From positions 480,001-544,000 of the forward strand of contig CAVYRF010000002.1 of NCBI GenBank assembly GCA_963770895.1: a stretch of 64,000 bases of DNA, written 5' to 3'. The DNA comes from an uncultured Acidobacteriota bacterium (lineage in GTDB: Bacteria; Acidobacteriota; Thermoanaerobaculia; Multivoradales; UBA5704). The notes beneath the pieces are model-generated. The model was not told the DNA's origin. It saw only the letters and a list, made by a program, of their open reading frames with translations, and did no database searches. The position numbers and the translations under genes were made by a program. This document shows positions 9,316-18,697 of this stretch, piece after piece; position 1 is the first letter of the stretch; every line of letters begins with the position of its first letter.

Positions 9316-9962
9316 TCTTCGATCCCACGACGCTGGACCGCGCCGCCCTCAATGCGCTGATCAACGGCCTGATCTGCCCGCGTCCCATCGCCTGGGTTTC
9401 CACGGTGAGCGCCGCCGGCGTCTCGAATCTCGCCCCCTTCTCGTTTTTCAATGCGTTCTCGTTCTCGCCGCCGACGGTCGGCATCGGCCCCGGCAGTCGC
9501 AACGGCGTGAACAAGGACTCACTGCGCAACATCCGCGAAACCGGCGAGCTGACGATCTCCGTGGTCACGGAGGACCTGGCGGAGTTGGCGAACGCCACCA
9601 GCGCCGAATTCCCTCCCGAGGTCGACGAATGGGAAGCGCTCGGCATTCAGGGCGCCCCGTCCCTCGAAGTGCGGCCCCGCCGGGTCGCGGCGTCCCCTGC
9701 CGCCTTCGAATGCAAGGTCCTCCAGGTGCTCGAGCTCGGAGCGCTCCCGGCGCGATCCAACTCGCTGGTTGTCGCTCGCGTGGTGAGGATCTACGTGGAC
9801 GATCGCGCCCTGGACGGCACCCGGCCGCGCTCTGAGATCCTGCAGCTCGTGGCGCGCATGGGGGGCGACGAGTGGTGCCGCACCCGCGACAAGTTCGTTC
9901 TGAAGCGCCCCACCAGTGCCGACCCCGACGCGGTGCGCCAAGACCTCGTCAAGACGCAGTGA
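9312..9962 (+). CDS. Flavin reductase-like FMN-binding protein (DIM6/NTAB family)
   Basis: GTG overlapping the upstream TGA; PRPIAWVST, NLAPFSFFN, KDSLRNIRETGE, FECK, VARMGG. Confidence 0.85.
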   Translation: MIFDPTTLDRAALNALINGLICPRPIAWVSTVSAAGVSNLAPFSFFNAFSFSPPTVGIGPGSRNGVNKDSLRNIRETGELTISVVTEDLAELANATSAEFPPEVDEWEALGIQGAPSLEVRPRRVAASPAAFECKVLQVLELGALPARSNSLVVARVVRIYVDDRALDGTRPRSEILQLVARMGGDEWCRTRDKFVLKRPTSADPDAVRQDLVKTQ

Positions 9963-9983
9963 CGGAGCGGCGCTGATCGCGGC

Positions 9984-11198
9984 ATGAGGGAGCGCGAGGT
10001 CGTCGTGGTGGGAGCGGGTCCGGTCGGCCTGACAGCGGCGCTGTCCCTGCGGTCCATGGGACTTGCGGCCACGGTCGTGGAAGCCGGAGAAGCCACCCGA
10101 GCGCGCCCCGGCAGCCGCGCCATCTTCCTGCATCATGCGACGCTCGAAATCCTGGAGGGAATCCGCGGCGGGTTGAGTCAGGAGCTGGTTCGGCACGGCC
10201 TGGAGTTCCTGACCAGAAACACCTGGTACCGCGGCCGTCAGGTTTTTCGGAAGACCTACCAGCCGGGTGTCTTCGGAGCCCTCCCGGCGTCGATCAGTCT
10301 GCCGCAATCCGTGACCGAAAGGATCCTGCTCACAGCCTGCATCGAGGCCGGAGTGGAGTTCATATGGAACGCGCCCGTCGCTCGCGTCCTGCCCGGCGCG
10401 GCCGGCGTGCAGATCCTGTCGGACACTGTCGAACCGTTGCAGGCGCGCTACGTGATCGGCGCAGACGGATCACGCTCCAGCGTGCGGAAGTCCTGCGGCC
10501 TGGCGCTCGAAGGACCCCGCACCACCAACGCCTACGTCATCGTCGACGTGCAGGAAGACCCCCACCAGCCCCTGCCGGTTGAGCGGACGTTCCACTACGA
10601 GCACCCAGCCGTCGACGGGCGCAACGTCCTCTTCGTGCCATTCGCCGGGCATTGGCGCGTCGACCTGCAGTGCCACAAGACCGACGATCCGGACCACTTC
10701 AGCGGACCCGAGGGCGTACGAACCTGGCTGCCCCAAGTCATGCCCACGCGCTACGCGGACCGTGTGACCTGGGTATCCACCTACGTCTTCCGGCAGGCAG
10801 TATCGCGCCGCTTCGCCGACCCAGAACGGCGGGTCCTTCTGGCGGGAGAGGCAGCCCATATCTTCGCGCCCTTCGGAGCACGCGGCCTCAACTCCGGCGT
10901 AGCGGACGCCTTCGTCGCCGCAAGGGCAATCCGCGATGCGATCGGCGCCGCCTCCGCCCAGGACGCCACCGCGTCGATCGACCGCTTCGAAGCCTCAAGG
11001 CGCGCGGCGGCAATGCGCAACCGCGCCGCGTCGTCCACCGCGTTGCGCCACCTCACCGCCCGATCGACCCTGACCCGCAAAATCCGCCGCCTCGCGGCAA
11101 CCCTCGCCCCCAAAGATCCAATGGTGGCGCGATGGCTCGACAAGGCCCCCTACGGCCCCCAGCTCGGCACTCCCGACGCCGAAGGCATGCTGTACTGA
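9984..11198 (+). CDS. FAD-dependent aromatic-ring monooxygenase (PheA/TfdB/MhpA-like)
   Basis: VVGAGPVG Rossmann motif, IGADGSRSSVR, LAGEAAHIFAPFGARGLNSG. Confidence 0.88.
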   Translation: MREREVVVVGAGPVGLTAALSLRSMGLAATVVEAGEATRARPGSRAIFLHHATLEILEGIRGGLSQELVRHGLEFLTRNTWYRGRQVFRKTYQPGVFGALPASISLPQSVTERILLTACIEAGVEFIWNAPVARVLPGAAGVQILSDTVEPLQARYVIGADGSRSSVRKSCGLALEGPRTTNAYVIVDVQEDPHQPLPVERTFHYEHPAVDGRNVLFVPFAGHWRVDLQCHKTDDPDHFSGPEGVRTWLPQVMPTRYADRVTWVSTYVFRQAVSRRFADPERRVLLAGEAAHIFAPFGARGLNSGVADAFVAARAIRDAIGAASAQDATASIDRFEASRRAAAMRNRAASSTALRHLTARSTLTRKIRRLAATLAPKDPMVARWLDKAPYGPQLGTPDAEGMLY

Positions 11199-11309
11199 CT
11201 CACGAAACCGGCGAGCCCGCCACTAGCCAGGCTTGTGGCCGGTTCCGCGGTCGGGAGCCACGGTTGAACCGCGATCACCCCTGCCGGAGGCACTTAAATC
11301 TACGTTACC

Positions 11310-12515
11310 TCAACCCTGGGCGGCCCCCAAGGGGTCTTCCAGTTCGCCGCGGTGGCGCAGCAGGCGGTCGGTCAGGGCTCGCAGGGGAAGCAGGAGGTCG
11401 TTCTGGGGCGCTATCAGCGGCCACTCAGAGCGCCGGCGGCGGAACAGGGCGTCTGCGCCGGGAAAAGTCGTCTGAACCGGCGCGGCAGGAGCGCCGGGAG
11501 CGGCGGCCTGATTGCGGCAGTAGGCTGCCTGGTGATCGCGGGCGATCGTGGCCGCCTCCCGCAGACTGCCTTCCGCCAACAGCCGGGAGCAGACACCTTC
11601 CAGCAACAGCTCGGCCTCAGCGTGCCGGCCTGCCGCCATCGCGATGAGGCCTTCGGTCCAGGCGCGCCGCAATGCTTCGTGCGGTGAGGCCGGCAGGGTA
11701 TAGAGACCTCGCGCGCGCTCCAGCCACACCGTGCCCGAGCCTTCGGCCAGCCGAATCTCGCACTCGGCACAGGCCAGGGCCACCCGCACCGTCAGGGAAG
11801 GGGCCAGCGCCGGCTCCAACAGGTTCCAGGTGCGTTGCAGGGCCTGCCGCGCCAGCATCCAGTCACCGGCAGCGAGCTGGAGGAAGCCGGCCTCGGCCAG
11901 GCACGCCGCGGCGGAACCGCCCAGCGCCAACTGCGCGAAGACGCGGGCAGCTCTCTGGAAATGCTCCGCGGCGTCGCGCCAGGAGCCCGCCTGCTGGTCC
12001 ACCTGTGCGAAGCCGGCCGTCGCCAGCCCCAGCTCCTCGGACGGAGGATCGTAGACGACAAGATCGAGCATCTCTGAAAACGCCTGGCGCGCCCCGGCAA
12101 CGTCTGCGCGGTGCAGGCGGGCTTTGCCGACCAGCCAGTGAGCCAGCGCCCCCGCCTTGCAAGCCCGCCCATCGCCAGCGCCTACCAGGCTGCCAGCGAG
12201 CACCGCCGCCAGCTCCGCCCGTTCCTCCACCATCGAGGCGTCGGCGGATCGCAGAAGCGCATCCTCCGCCTGCAGGTTCAGCAGCATCACCAGCGTCACC
12301 CGGTGGAAGCGAGGCTGCCTGCGAGCGAGCGGCAATCGCTTGTCCCGCACCATCGCCAGCAGCTGGTCCGCCAGGGCGGCATCCAGCAGCGCACCGGCGA
12401 GCAGAGGCGACGCAGGTTCCTCGCCGGGCCGGTTGTCTGCGGCAGAGAACCCTGGATCGAGCGGCTCGCCCGGAGCCGGCTCGGCGCCCCGTCGGCCGCT
12501 GCCATTGCGCACCAT
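11310..12515 (-). CDS. TPR-like alpha-helical hypothetical protein, paralog of 18698..19993
   Basis: Shares PRFHR, AGALAHWL.GKA.LHR.D, PSEELGLA.AG.AQV, AACLAE.GFLQ, VRVALACAECE, LTDRLLR..GELE with the second copy. Confidence 0.75.
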   Translation of the reverse strand: MVRNGSGRRGAEPAPGEPLDPGFSAADNRPGEEPASPLLAGALLDAALADQLLAMVRDKRLPLARRQPRFHRVTLVMLLNLQAEDALLRSADASMVEERAELAAVLAGSLVGAGDGRACKAGALAHWLVGKARLHRADVAGARQAFSEMLDLVVYDPPSEELGLATAGFAQVDQQAGSWRDAAEHFQRAARVFAQLALGGSAAACLAEAGFLQLAAGDWMLARQALQRTWNLLEPALAPSLTVRVALACAECEIRLAEGSGTVWLERARGLYTLPASPHEALRRAWTEGLIAMAAGRHAEAELLLEGVCSRLLAEGSLREAATIARDHQAAYCRNQAAAPGAPAAPVQTTFPGADALFRRRRSEWPLIAPQNDLLLPLRALTDRLLRHRGELEDPLGAAQG

Positions 12516-12553
12516 CAGCTATCCCTTCGCCGCGATCGCATTCGACCGAGCCT

Positions 12554-13126
12554 TCAGCAAGTGCCTCGCCCGTGGCACGCCGCCGGTTGAGCTACTCTGG
12601 CGCCATACGCCGCTCGATCGATGCCGTAGCACAGCACCTCGCTGCCTTGATGCTCCATGCGGTGCTGGAACGTTTCGCCCGCGCGTTCGACCAGCCGCAC
12701 CGCGGCCGTGTTATCGGGATGGATCAGACTGATGACCTGATCCTTGCCCAGGGTGACGAAGGCGTGGGCCAGCGCTGCATGGTTGGCTTCCGTCGCATAG
12801 CCCCGCCCCCAGAAGCCACGAGCCAAGCGGCCGGCCAGCTCGCAACCCGGCCACCCCTCGGCCTCCACCAACCCGATCAAGCCGCAAAATGCGCCGCTCG
12901 CCCGCTCCTCCACCGCCCACATGCCGCACCCGCTGAGATGCCAGCTCCCGATCATGCAGGCCATGTGTCGCCACGACCGGGCGCGATCCCACAGCGCTCC
13001 TTGATCGAAATACCGCATTACCTCCGGGTCCGCATGCAGCGATGCATAGTCATCGAAGTCGGTGCGCTGCAAACACCGCAACATCAGCCTCTCGGTTTCC
13101 AGATTGGGGACTGCCTGCATGAACAT
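12554..13126 (-). CDS. GNAT family N-acetyltransferase (RimJ/RimL-like)
   Basis: LETERLMLR, HADPEVMRY, FWGRGYATEA, IHPDNTAAVRLVERAG. Confidence 0.88.
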   Translation of the reverse strand: MFMQAVPNLETERLMLRCLQRTDFDDYASLHADPEVMRYFDQGALWDRARSWRHMACMIGSWHLSGCGMWAVEERASGAFCGLIGLVEAEGWPGCELAGRLARGFWGRGYATEANHAALAHAFVTLGKDQVISLIHPDNTAAVRLVERAGETFQHRMEHQGSEVLCYGIDRAAYGARVAQPAACHGRGTC

Positions 13127-13487
13127 GCGATGGTCCTCCCAAAAGTGCGTGCGCGATGCGCGACCGAGGAAAACGAGAGCACGGCTAGTCACAGTCGCCC
13201 TCGGGCTCGTCCAGCTGCCACCGGCCGCCAGCGTGGCAAGGCGGCCCGGCATCCCAACGGGATTTATTTTGTAGGGGCCGGTGCCACTTGGGCTGCGGAA
13301 GCAAACTGATGCGAGTAAAAACCACTTACGAGGGCACGAAGCGGTACTTTCGTTCTGCGCGCGCGGGCCAAGGACCAGACCCGCCTGCCCGCCCAGATTT
13401 CTTCGAAGCGAAGCTCCGGGTTCTGGCGCGCGCTGAAGAGGCAATCGATGCCGGCGCCGACAACTGAGGCGGCGTTACCCCAACGCT

Positions 13488-14882
13488 TTAGGCCGCGCGC
13501 CGCAGAAGATCGAGAGCCCGCTGCGCCTCGCTGTGCAGTTCCAATGCCTCGAAAATGGCCATGGATTCATGCGCCAGAGCCTTTACCTCTGCCGACTTGC
13601 CCTGCGTCGCATGAATTTCCGCGAGTTCCAGGGTCACGAGTGCGGCAATGTAGACATTGTGGCTTGCGGCAAAGTCCCGACGCACCTTTTCGAAACCGGT
13701 CACGGCCTCGGCCACGCGGCCCTGGCCGGCCGCCACGCGGCTCTCTAACCAGCTTACTCGCAGGAGTTCCAGCCGCTTGCCGAATCCCTCAGCCATGGAG
13801 CGGATCTCAGAAAGCAGAAGCTCCGCCTCGTGATAACGCTTCAGCTGACATAGATTGACGGCCAGGTTCTTCCGAACGATGTAGTACTTCCATGGCTCTT
13901 GCTCAAAACCGATGTGTCCGGCCGCCTGCTGCAACCACTGGATTGCCCCCTGCAAGTCACCCATTTGTTCCAGGGTCCTGGATTTCCCGAGGAGCAGCGA
14001 TGGCATCTCGCCCCAGCGGTCGATCTTGAGCGCCTCGTCGAGAAGAGCCAGCGCTTCATCGAGCCGACGCTGCGCTCGCCGCAGCGACGCCTTCAGGTGG
14101 AGGACGCGGGCCTCATTGAGATACCCCGGGTCGGCCGCGGCACCCTCCTGCCAGAGCTCCATGCCGTACGCGAATGCCTTTTCGGCTGCCGCGAGATCCC
14201 GACCGCCCACGCGCAGAGCGTTTGCTACATGACATCGTGCATATCCCTCAAGCCGAGAGCGCCACCCGGCACCGACCGGCAGCCGACTGGCGATCAATAC
14301 AGCCAGATCGCCGAGACTTTCAGCCCTCTCGGAGCTATCGCCAGCGGCATCCAGGCTCTTGTCGCAGATCAGCACGCAGAGGCCAGGGCTCTGGAGGTCG
14401 TGAAGGTGGCACACCAACTCCCGCCGCACGGTGTCTGAGTAGCGGTCGATCCGCATCCAAAGCTCCGGCGCTGACCGGCGGCTCTCGATGAAGTCAACGG
14501 GTTCATAGGAGTGCCGGCTTGCCGTCAAATCACGCAGCACAAGGGAAGCAAGGTCAACCCCAAGATCCGCAGCGACGGTTGCGGCTGGAAGGCCTTGTAC
14601 CTGCAAGGTGGTTTGCGCCACAGGTAGGCGTGCCCCTTCGCTGCGAAGCCGGCCCAGAAGCGCAACCACTTCATCGATGGCGCTCAGGGGCATGCCGAGC
14701 GCTGAAGTAATCCGTGCCAGGGTCCCCGGGTTTGGCTCGCCCTTGCCTTGCTCCAGCCGCTTGATCGTATCGACGTGAATTCCCGCCGCACGGGCCAGGG
14801 CCTTCTGCTCCTGGCCTCGCGCCAGACGCAAGAAGCTCAGCGCCAGACCTCTATCGCTTCGATGCCCCGTCTTCGCCCTCAT
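13488..14882 (-). CDS. XRE-family HTH + TPR-like regulator (single HTH; C-terminus truncated)
   Basis: LRLARGQEQKALARAAGIHVDTIKRLEQGKGEP is an HTH_3; C-terminal helical domain homologous to three neighbours; stops about 30 aa early. Confidence 0.8.
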   Translation of the reverse strand: MRAKTGHRSDRGLALSFLRLARGQEQKALARAAGIHVDTIKRLEQGKGEPNPGTLARITSALGMPLSAIDEVVALLGRLRSEGARLPVAQTTLQVQGLPAATVAADLGVDLASLVLRDLTASRHSYEPVDFIESRRSAPELWMRIDRYSDTVRRELVCHLHDLQSPGLCVLICDKSLDAAGDSSERAESLGDLAVLIASRLPVGAGWRSRLEGYARCHVANALRVGGRDLAAAEKAFAYGMELWQEGAAADPGYLNEARVLHLKASLRRAQRRLDEALALLDEALKIDRWGEMPSLLLGKSRTLEQMGDLQGAIQWLQQAAGHIGFEQEPWKYYIVRKNLAVNLCQLKRYHEAELLLSEIRSMAEGFGKRLELLRVSWLESRVAAGQGRVAEAVTGFEKVRRDFAASHNVYIAALVTLELAEIHATQGKSAEVKALAHESMAIFEALELHSEAQRALDLLRRAA

Positions 14883-15037
14883 TTGCGCGCACCCTCATTC
14901 ATTAAGATGGGGCAGGATGACCTCCCCTAGGGAGGCACAGCCTTGTATTTTGTGACCGCCGTCCACATCCAGGATCTTCGAGGCGCCCCGCGGCCAGGCA
15001 GGCCGCGTTGACGTCGCTTCCGAGAAAGGAGCATCCG

Positions 15038-15448
15038 ATGAAGCCGTTCTCCCGTCTTCTGATGGTGGGCATTCTCTTCACGATCTTAGCTGCGCCTGGG
15101 GCGCTTGCGGCCCCTCCATCGCCGCACAGAGTGTCCGCCGGCTCGCCGATTGGTCTCGCCGACGCGTGGGACAGCGTGGTTGCGCGCATGCTGGACTGGC
15201 TGGGCGAGCGGCCCGCAAATCACTCCGGCAGACCGTCCGCTTCGCGGGCGATGTCGCCTGATGAAGGTTGTACAACGGATCCGAATGGACTGTGTGCAGA
15301 TGCAGGGCCGAGAAAGCGGGTGCCATCGAACCTTTCGGCCGGGCCTGGCGGCAAGGCTCTTGGCTTGAGATTCCAATCCAGAATGCCCGTCGAGTCGCCA
15401 GCTGACACTGGTTGCTCGACCGATCCCAACGGGCAGTGCCTTCACTAA
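15038..15448 (+). CDS. Small secreted precursor-like protein with two DxGCxTDPNGxC cores
   Basis: RBS AAAGGAG; signal peptide MKPFSRLLMVGILFTILAAPGALA; cores DEGCTTDPNGLC (15260-15295) and DTGCSTDPNGQC (15404-15439). Confidence 0.75.
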   Translation: MKPFSRLLMVGILFTILAAPGALAAPPSPHRVSAGSPIGLADAWDSVVARMLDWLGERPANHSGRPSASRAMSPDEGCTTDPNGLCADAGPRKRVPSNLSAGPGGKALGLRFQSRMPVESPADTGCSTDPNGQCLH

Positions 15449-15517
15449 GGAGAGGTGGCGCTGGTAATGCCGGACAGGAGCGCTGATAGCGTTCCGATCG
15501 GACCCCAATGCCTCCTC

Positions 15518-17440
15518 TCATGCGGGCGTGCCCTCAAAGGGAAGCTGCGGATTGTGACGGGCCCGGTACAGATACTGGATGAGGCCGCTGAGGAATGAGC
15601 CCGTCGCTCGTTCTTCAGCGGCCGCCCGCCGGAACAGGTCCAGTGCCCGCTGCGCTTCGGCGTGCACCTGCTGCGCGGCGAAAATCGGCGCCGATTTTTC
15701 GGCCAGCACCTTTACCTCGGCCGTGCGCCCCAGGGCAGCATGGATCTGCGCCAGCTCCAGAGTCACCAGGGCGGCATCGTACGCATCCTTGTGACGGGCG
15801 AACTGCTGACGTGCTCGTGCCAGAAGTGAGGCCGCTTCTTTTGTTCGGCCAAGGCCGAATGCGATTTTGCCTTCGAGCCAGATGACCCGAATCTGCTCCA
15901 AGGGCTTGCCAAACTGCATCGCCAATGCATGCACGTTGGGAAGCATCAACGCGGCCTGGCCATACTGTCCGAGATGGCAGAGGGTGGCCGCCAGATTCTT
16001 CTGCACGATGTAGAACTTCCAAGGCTCTTGCTGGGGATCGATACGGGACGAGACCTCCCGCAACACCCTCTCAGCCAGGCTGAAGTCACCCGACTCCTCG
16101 AGCGCTTTAGCCTTGCTGAGGAGCAATGCCGTCGTCTCACCCCAGCGGTCGACCACCAGTGCCTTATTCAACAGCGCCAGAGCGTCCGGAATACGACGTT
16201 GGGCTCGACGCAGTGACGTCTCCAGGTGGAGCACCCGCGCCTCGTTGAGCAGCCCCTGGTCGGCGCCTGCACCGGACCGCCACAGCTGAAGGGCGGCATG
16301 AAATGACTTTTCGGCGGCAACCAGGTCGTCGCCGGCCACACGCATTGCATTGGCGATGTGGCATCGAGCGTAGCCTTCCAGTTGGCAGCGGAATGCCGCA
16401 TCCCCGGGCACTCGCGCCGCGATGAGCAGAGCGAGATCGGCAAGGAGGGCCGCTTCCCTTGCGCTGCCACCCGCGGCCTCCAGGCTCTTGTCGCAGATCA
16501 ACTCGCACAGACCGACGGTGTGGAACTCCGCCCCTTCGCAGACCAAAGCTCGCTGGGCATCCTCCGAGACACGCTGCAGGCACTCCCACTGCAAGGGCGC
16601 CTGCCAGCGGGAAAGCTGAACTCGTGCTACCCACACCAGCCCCTCAAGGCATACCGCCATCCAATCCTCGGCCCGGCGCGCCTGGGCAGCCACCACTTGC
16701 TCGATTGCCTCTCGCGTCGGATCGTCACTGATCGCCATGTGGGATTCCAGCGCCGACGCGGCCAACTGAACGAAACCGAGGGTCCGATCCAGCATCCCTG
16801 GCGGGAATCCCATCCCCTCGACAATGCGGTTGAGCGTCAGCATGCGGGGCACGGTCTTGCCAAGCTCGTAGCTCGAAATCGAGGTTTTGCGAGCACCGAC
16901 GCTCTCGGCAAGATCCTGCTGTCCAGATCTGCGAATCACTCGCAAGATGACCAGCACCACATCCACCGGGAGAGACCCGCGGTCGGACCTGGCCTTTTCA
17001 GGCCGGGAAGACCCGATCCCCGCATCCGTCGCCGGCGTAGCGCCGTCCGCACCTGAACCGTCCGCCTGCTCCCGCACATCGCGAAGGAGGCGCATCAGCA
17101 ACTGGCGAGCGAGCCCTTCCATCCATCCACCGGCTTCGACCGTCAGCCGGTCGAGCCACGCCGAAAGCGCGGGCTGGCCTGCCCCCACGTAAAGCTCTCT
17201 TTCGACCCGCGCCCAGCGCACAAAGGAAACGGTTCGATCGAGAAGCCTGGGTGGATAGCCCATGGCGGCAACCAACAGCTGCCGCGTTTCGAGCGAAGGC
17301 GTCTTCGAACCGCGCTCGAATTTCGCGATCGAGGTGACTTGCAAACCCGCCTGCTGCGCCAGCTCTGAGCGAGTCCAGCGGCGCACCACCCGCAGGATGG
17401 TGAGCGCCTCTGCCCACGGTAGCGCCGCGTCCTCCGCCAT
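15518..17440 (-). CDS. Tandem XRE-HTH + TPR-like regulator
   Basis: Two HTH_3-like segments (LRVVRRWTRSELAQQAGLQVTSIAKFERG; LRVIRRSGQQDLAESVGARKTSISSYELG) plus the conserved helical domain; ATG at 17440 after GGAG. Confidence 0.82.
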   Translation of the reverse strand: MAEDAALPWAEALTILRVVRRWTRSELAQQAGLQVTSIAKFERGSKTPSLETRQLLVAAMGYPPRLLDRTVSFVRWARVERELYVGAGQPALSAWLDRLTVEAGGWMEGLARQLLMRLLRDVREQADGSGADGATPATDAGIGSSRPEKARSDRGSLPVDVVLVILRVIRRSGQQDLAESVGARKTSISSYELGKTVPRMLTLNRIVEGMGFPPGMLDRTLGFVQLAASALESHMAISDDPTREAIEQVVAAQARRAEDWMAVCLEGLVWVARVQLSRWQAPLQWECLQRVSEDAQRALVCEGAEFHTVGLCELICDKSLEAAGGSAREAALLADLALLIAARVPGDAAFRCQLEGYARCHIANAMRVAGDDLVAAEKSFHAALQLWRSGAGADQGLLNEARVLHLETSLRRAQRRIPDALALLNKALVVDRWGETTALLLSKAKALEESGDFSLAERVLREVSSRIDPQQEPWKFYIVQKNLAATLCHLGQYGQAALMLPNVHALAMQFGKPLEQIRVIWLEGKIAFGLGRTKEAASLLARARQQFARHKDAYDAALVTLELAQIHAALGRTAEVKVLAEKSAPIFAAQQVHAEAQRALDLFRRAAAEERATGSFLSGLIQYLYRARHNPQLPFEGTPA

Positions 17441-17625
17441 TCCATGCTCCAACCAAAGTGCCTGCCCTGAGAAAATCCGGTCCCAGCCCGCGGCCGTCCG
17501 CTGCAGAGGAGGACCTTCCAAGGATCTCTAACGTCCAGCACTGTAGAGCTTAAACGATCCCGCCATGATGGCGCTACAACCGAGGCGGTGAGGGCTTTGG
17601 ACCGGTAGCGCAGGCACCTCAACAA

Positions 17626-17892
17626 TTGCCCCGATCGCGACGCGCCTGGCGGCGCGTGCGCGATCGGGCCGGGGGGGGCGGGCGAGGCGTTTTGCCCCGC
17701 TTAGCGCTTCTGGCCGCGGCGGACGCGTTCGAGGAGGCGGGTGGAGTCTTTCATGCACTCCATCATTTTTTCTTGCAGGCCTTCGCCGCGGCCCAGGCCT
17801 CGGGCGTGGGCCAGGACGCTGCGGGCGCGGTCTTCTTCTCCGGAAGCTAGCAGGGCCATGCCGAGGTGGGTGAGGGTGTTGGCGGAGGGGCC
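17626..17892. repeat. Direct repeat copy 1 (267 bp): duplicate of the TPR gene 3' end and its terminator
   Basis: Read base by base as identical to 25418-25685 except G8 versus G9 in a homopolymer. Confidence 0.95.
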
Positions 17893-18268
17893 GACACCGC
17901 ACCTGGGCGACGGCGCCCTGGTGCAGCACCTCGCCCAGGCTGCGCAGCATGCGCAGGACCGAGGCGTGGACGGCCTGCTGCTCCTCCGCGGTCAGGTCAT
18001 CCGCCGGGGCCTCCGCATCCCCGCCGGCCATGGAGAGCAGGAGAGCCACCATCGACGTCGTGAGCTCGCCGACTCCATCCGCCGTGCGCATTGCCGCCAC
18101 CAGTGCGTCGAAGCGCTCTTGGGTCAGGCGGATCTTGCCGTTTTCGTATTGGGACAGCTGACTGCTGCCGGTTCCGCTGGCCTTCGCCAGAGCGGTTTGC
18201 GTCCATCCGTTGATCGCCCGCACGATGGTCAGCGATAGCCCCAGGGCGGAGGGTTGCGATCGGTTCAA
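17893..18268 (-). pseudogene. Truncated XRE-HTH regulator (N-terminal fragment) interrupted by the repeat
   Basis: LGLSLTIVRAINGWTQTALAKASGTGSSQLSQYENG HTH; after about 125 aa it runs out of frame into repeat copy 1; TTG overlaps the upstream TGA. Confidence 0.75.
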
Positions 18269-18690
18269 ACTACCTTCCCCTCATAGAACTGACTTTCCAG
18301 CAGGGCGTTGGTCACCTCGACGGCTGCCAGCAAGGCGTCGGCCGCCGGCTCCAGGTGATCGCTGATCGCGCCTTCTACGGCGGCACGAAGATCCATCCCG
18401 ACGGTGTACGGCGCGCAGTGCTCCTCGCGCGCCTTGAAGTCATCCGGCAGCGGGATCTGTCCGTACAGCTCGCGCAAACGACCCGACAGTTTCTTGATCT
18501 GCGCTGCGATCAGGCGGAGCTGGCGCTTGCGAACCGACAGCGGGTCTTGCGGCCTGCCCGCTTTGCGAGCGGTCTTCCCGGACCGCACCACCGATGCGGG
18601 TCCCCTGCCCGTCCCGGCGTTCCCGGGCGCGCACGACATCCCGTCGAAGGGTGCTGCGATGCGCAGATCAGCAGACCGCTCGCGCGCCAT
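18265..18690 (-). CDS. Hypothetical helical protein
   Basis: ATG at 18690, 8 bp after the upstream stop; stop overlaps the next start; amphipathic helices (RKRQLRLIAAQIKKLSGRLRELY, DLRAAVEGAISDHLEPAADALLAA). Confidence 0.6.
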   Translation of the reverse strand: MARERSADLRIAAPFDGMSCAPGNAGTGRGPASVVRSGKTARKAGRPQDPLSVRKRQLRLIAAQIKKLSGRLRELYGQIPLPDDFKAREEHCAPYTVGMDLRAAVEGAISDHLEPAADALLAAVEVTNALLESQFYEGKVV

Positions 18691-18697
18691 GTCGGAC

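Noticed and set aside
15260-15439. DPxG motifs as RHS-toxin autocleavage signatures
   Set aside because: No YD/RHS repeats or toxin-immunity layout; the ORFs are short with Sec-type signal peptides
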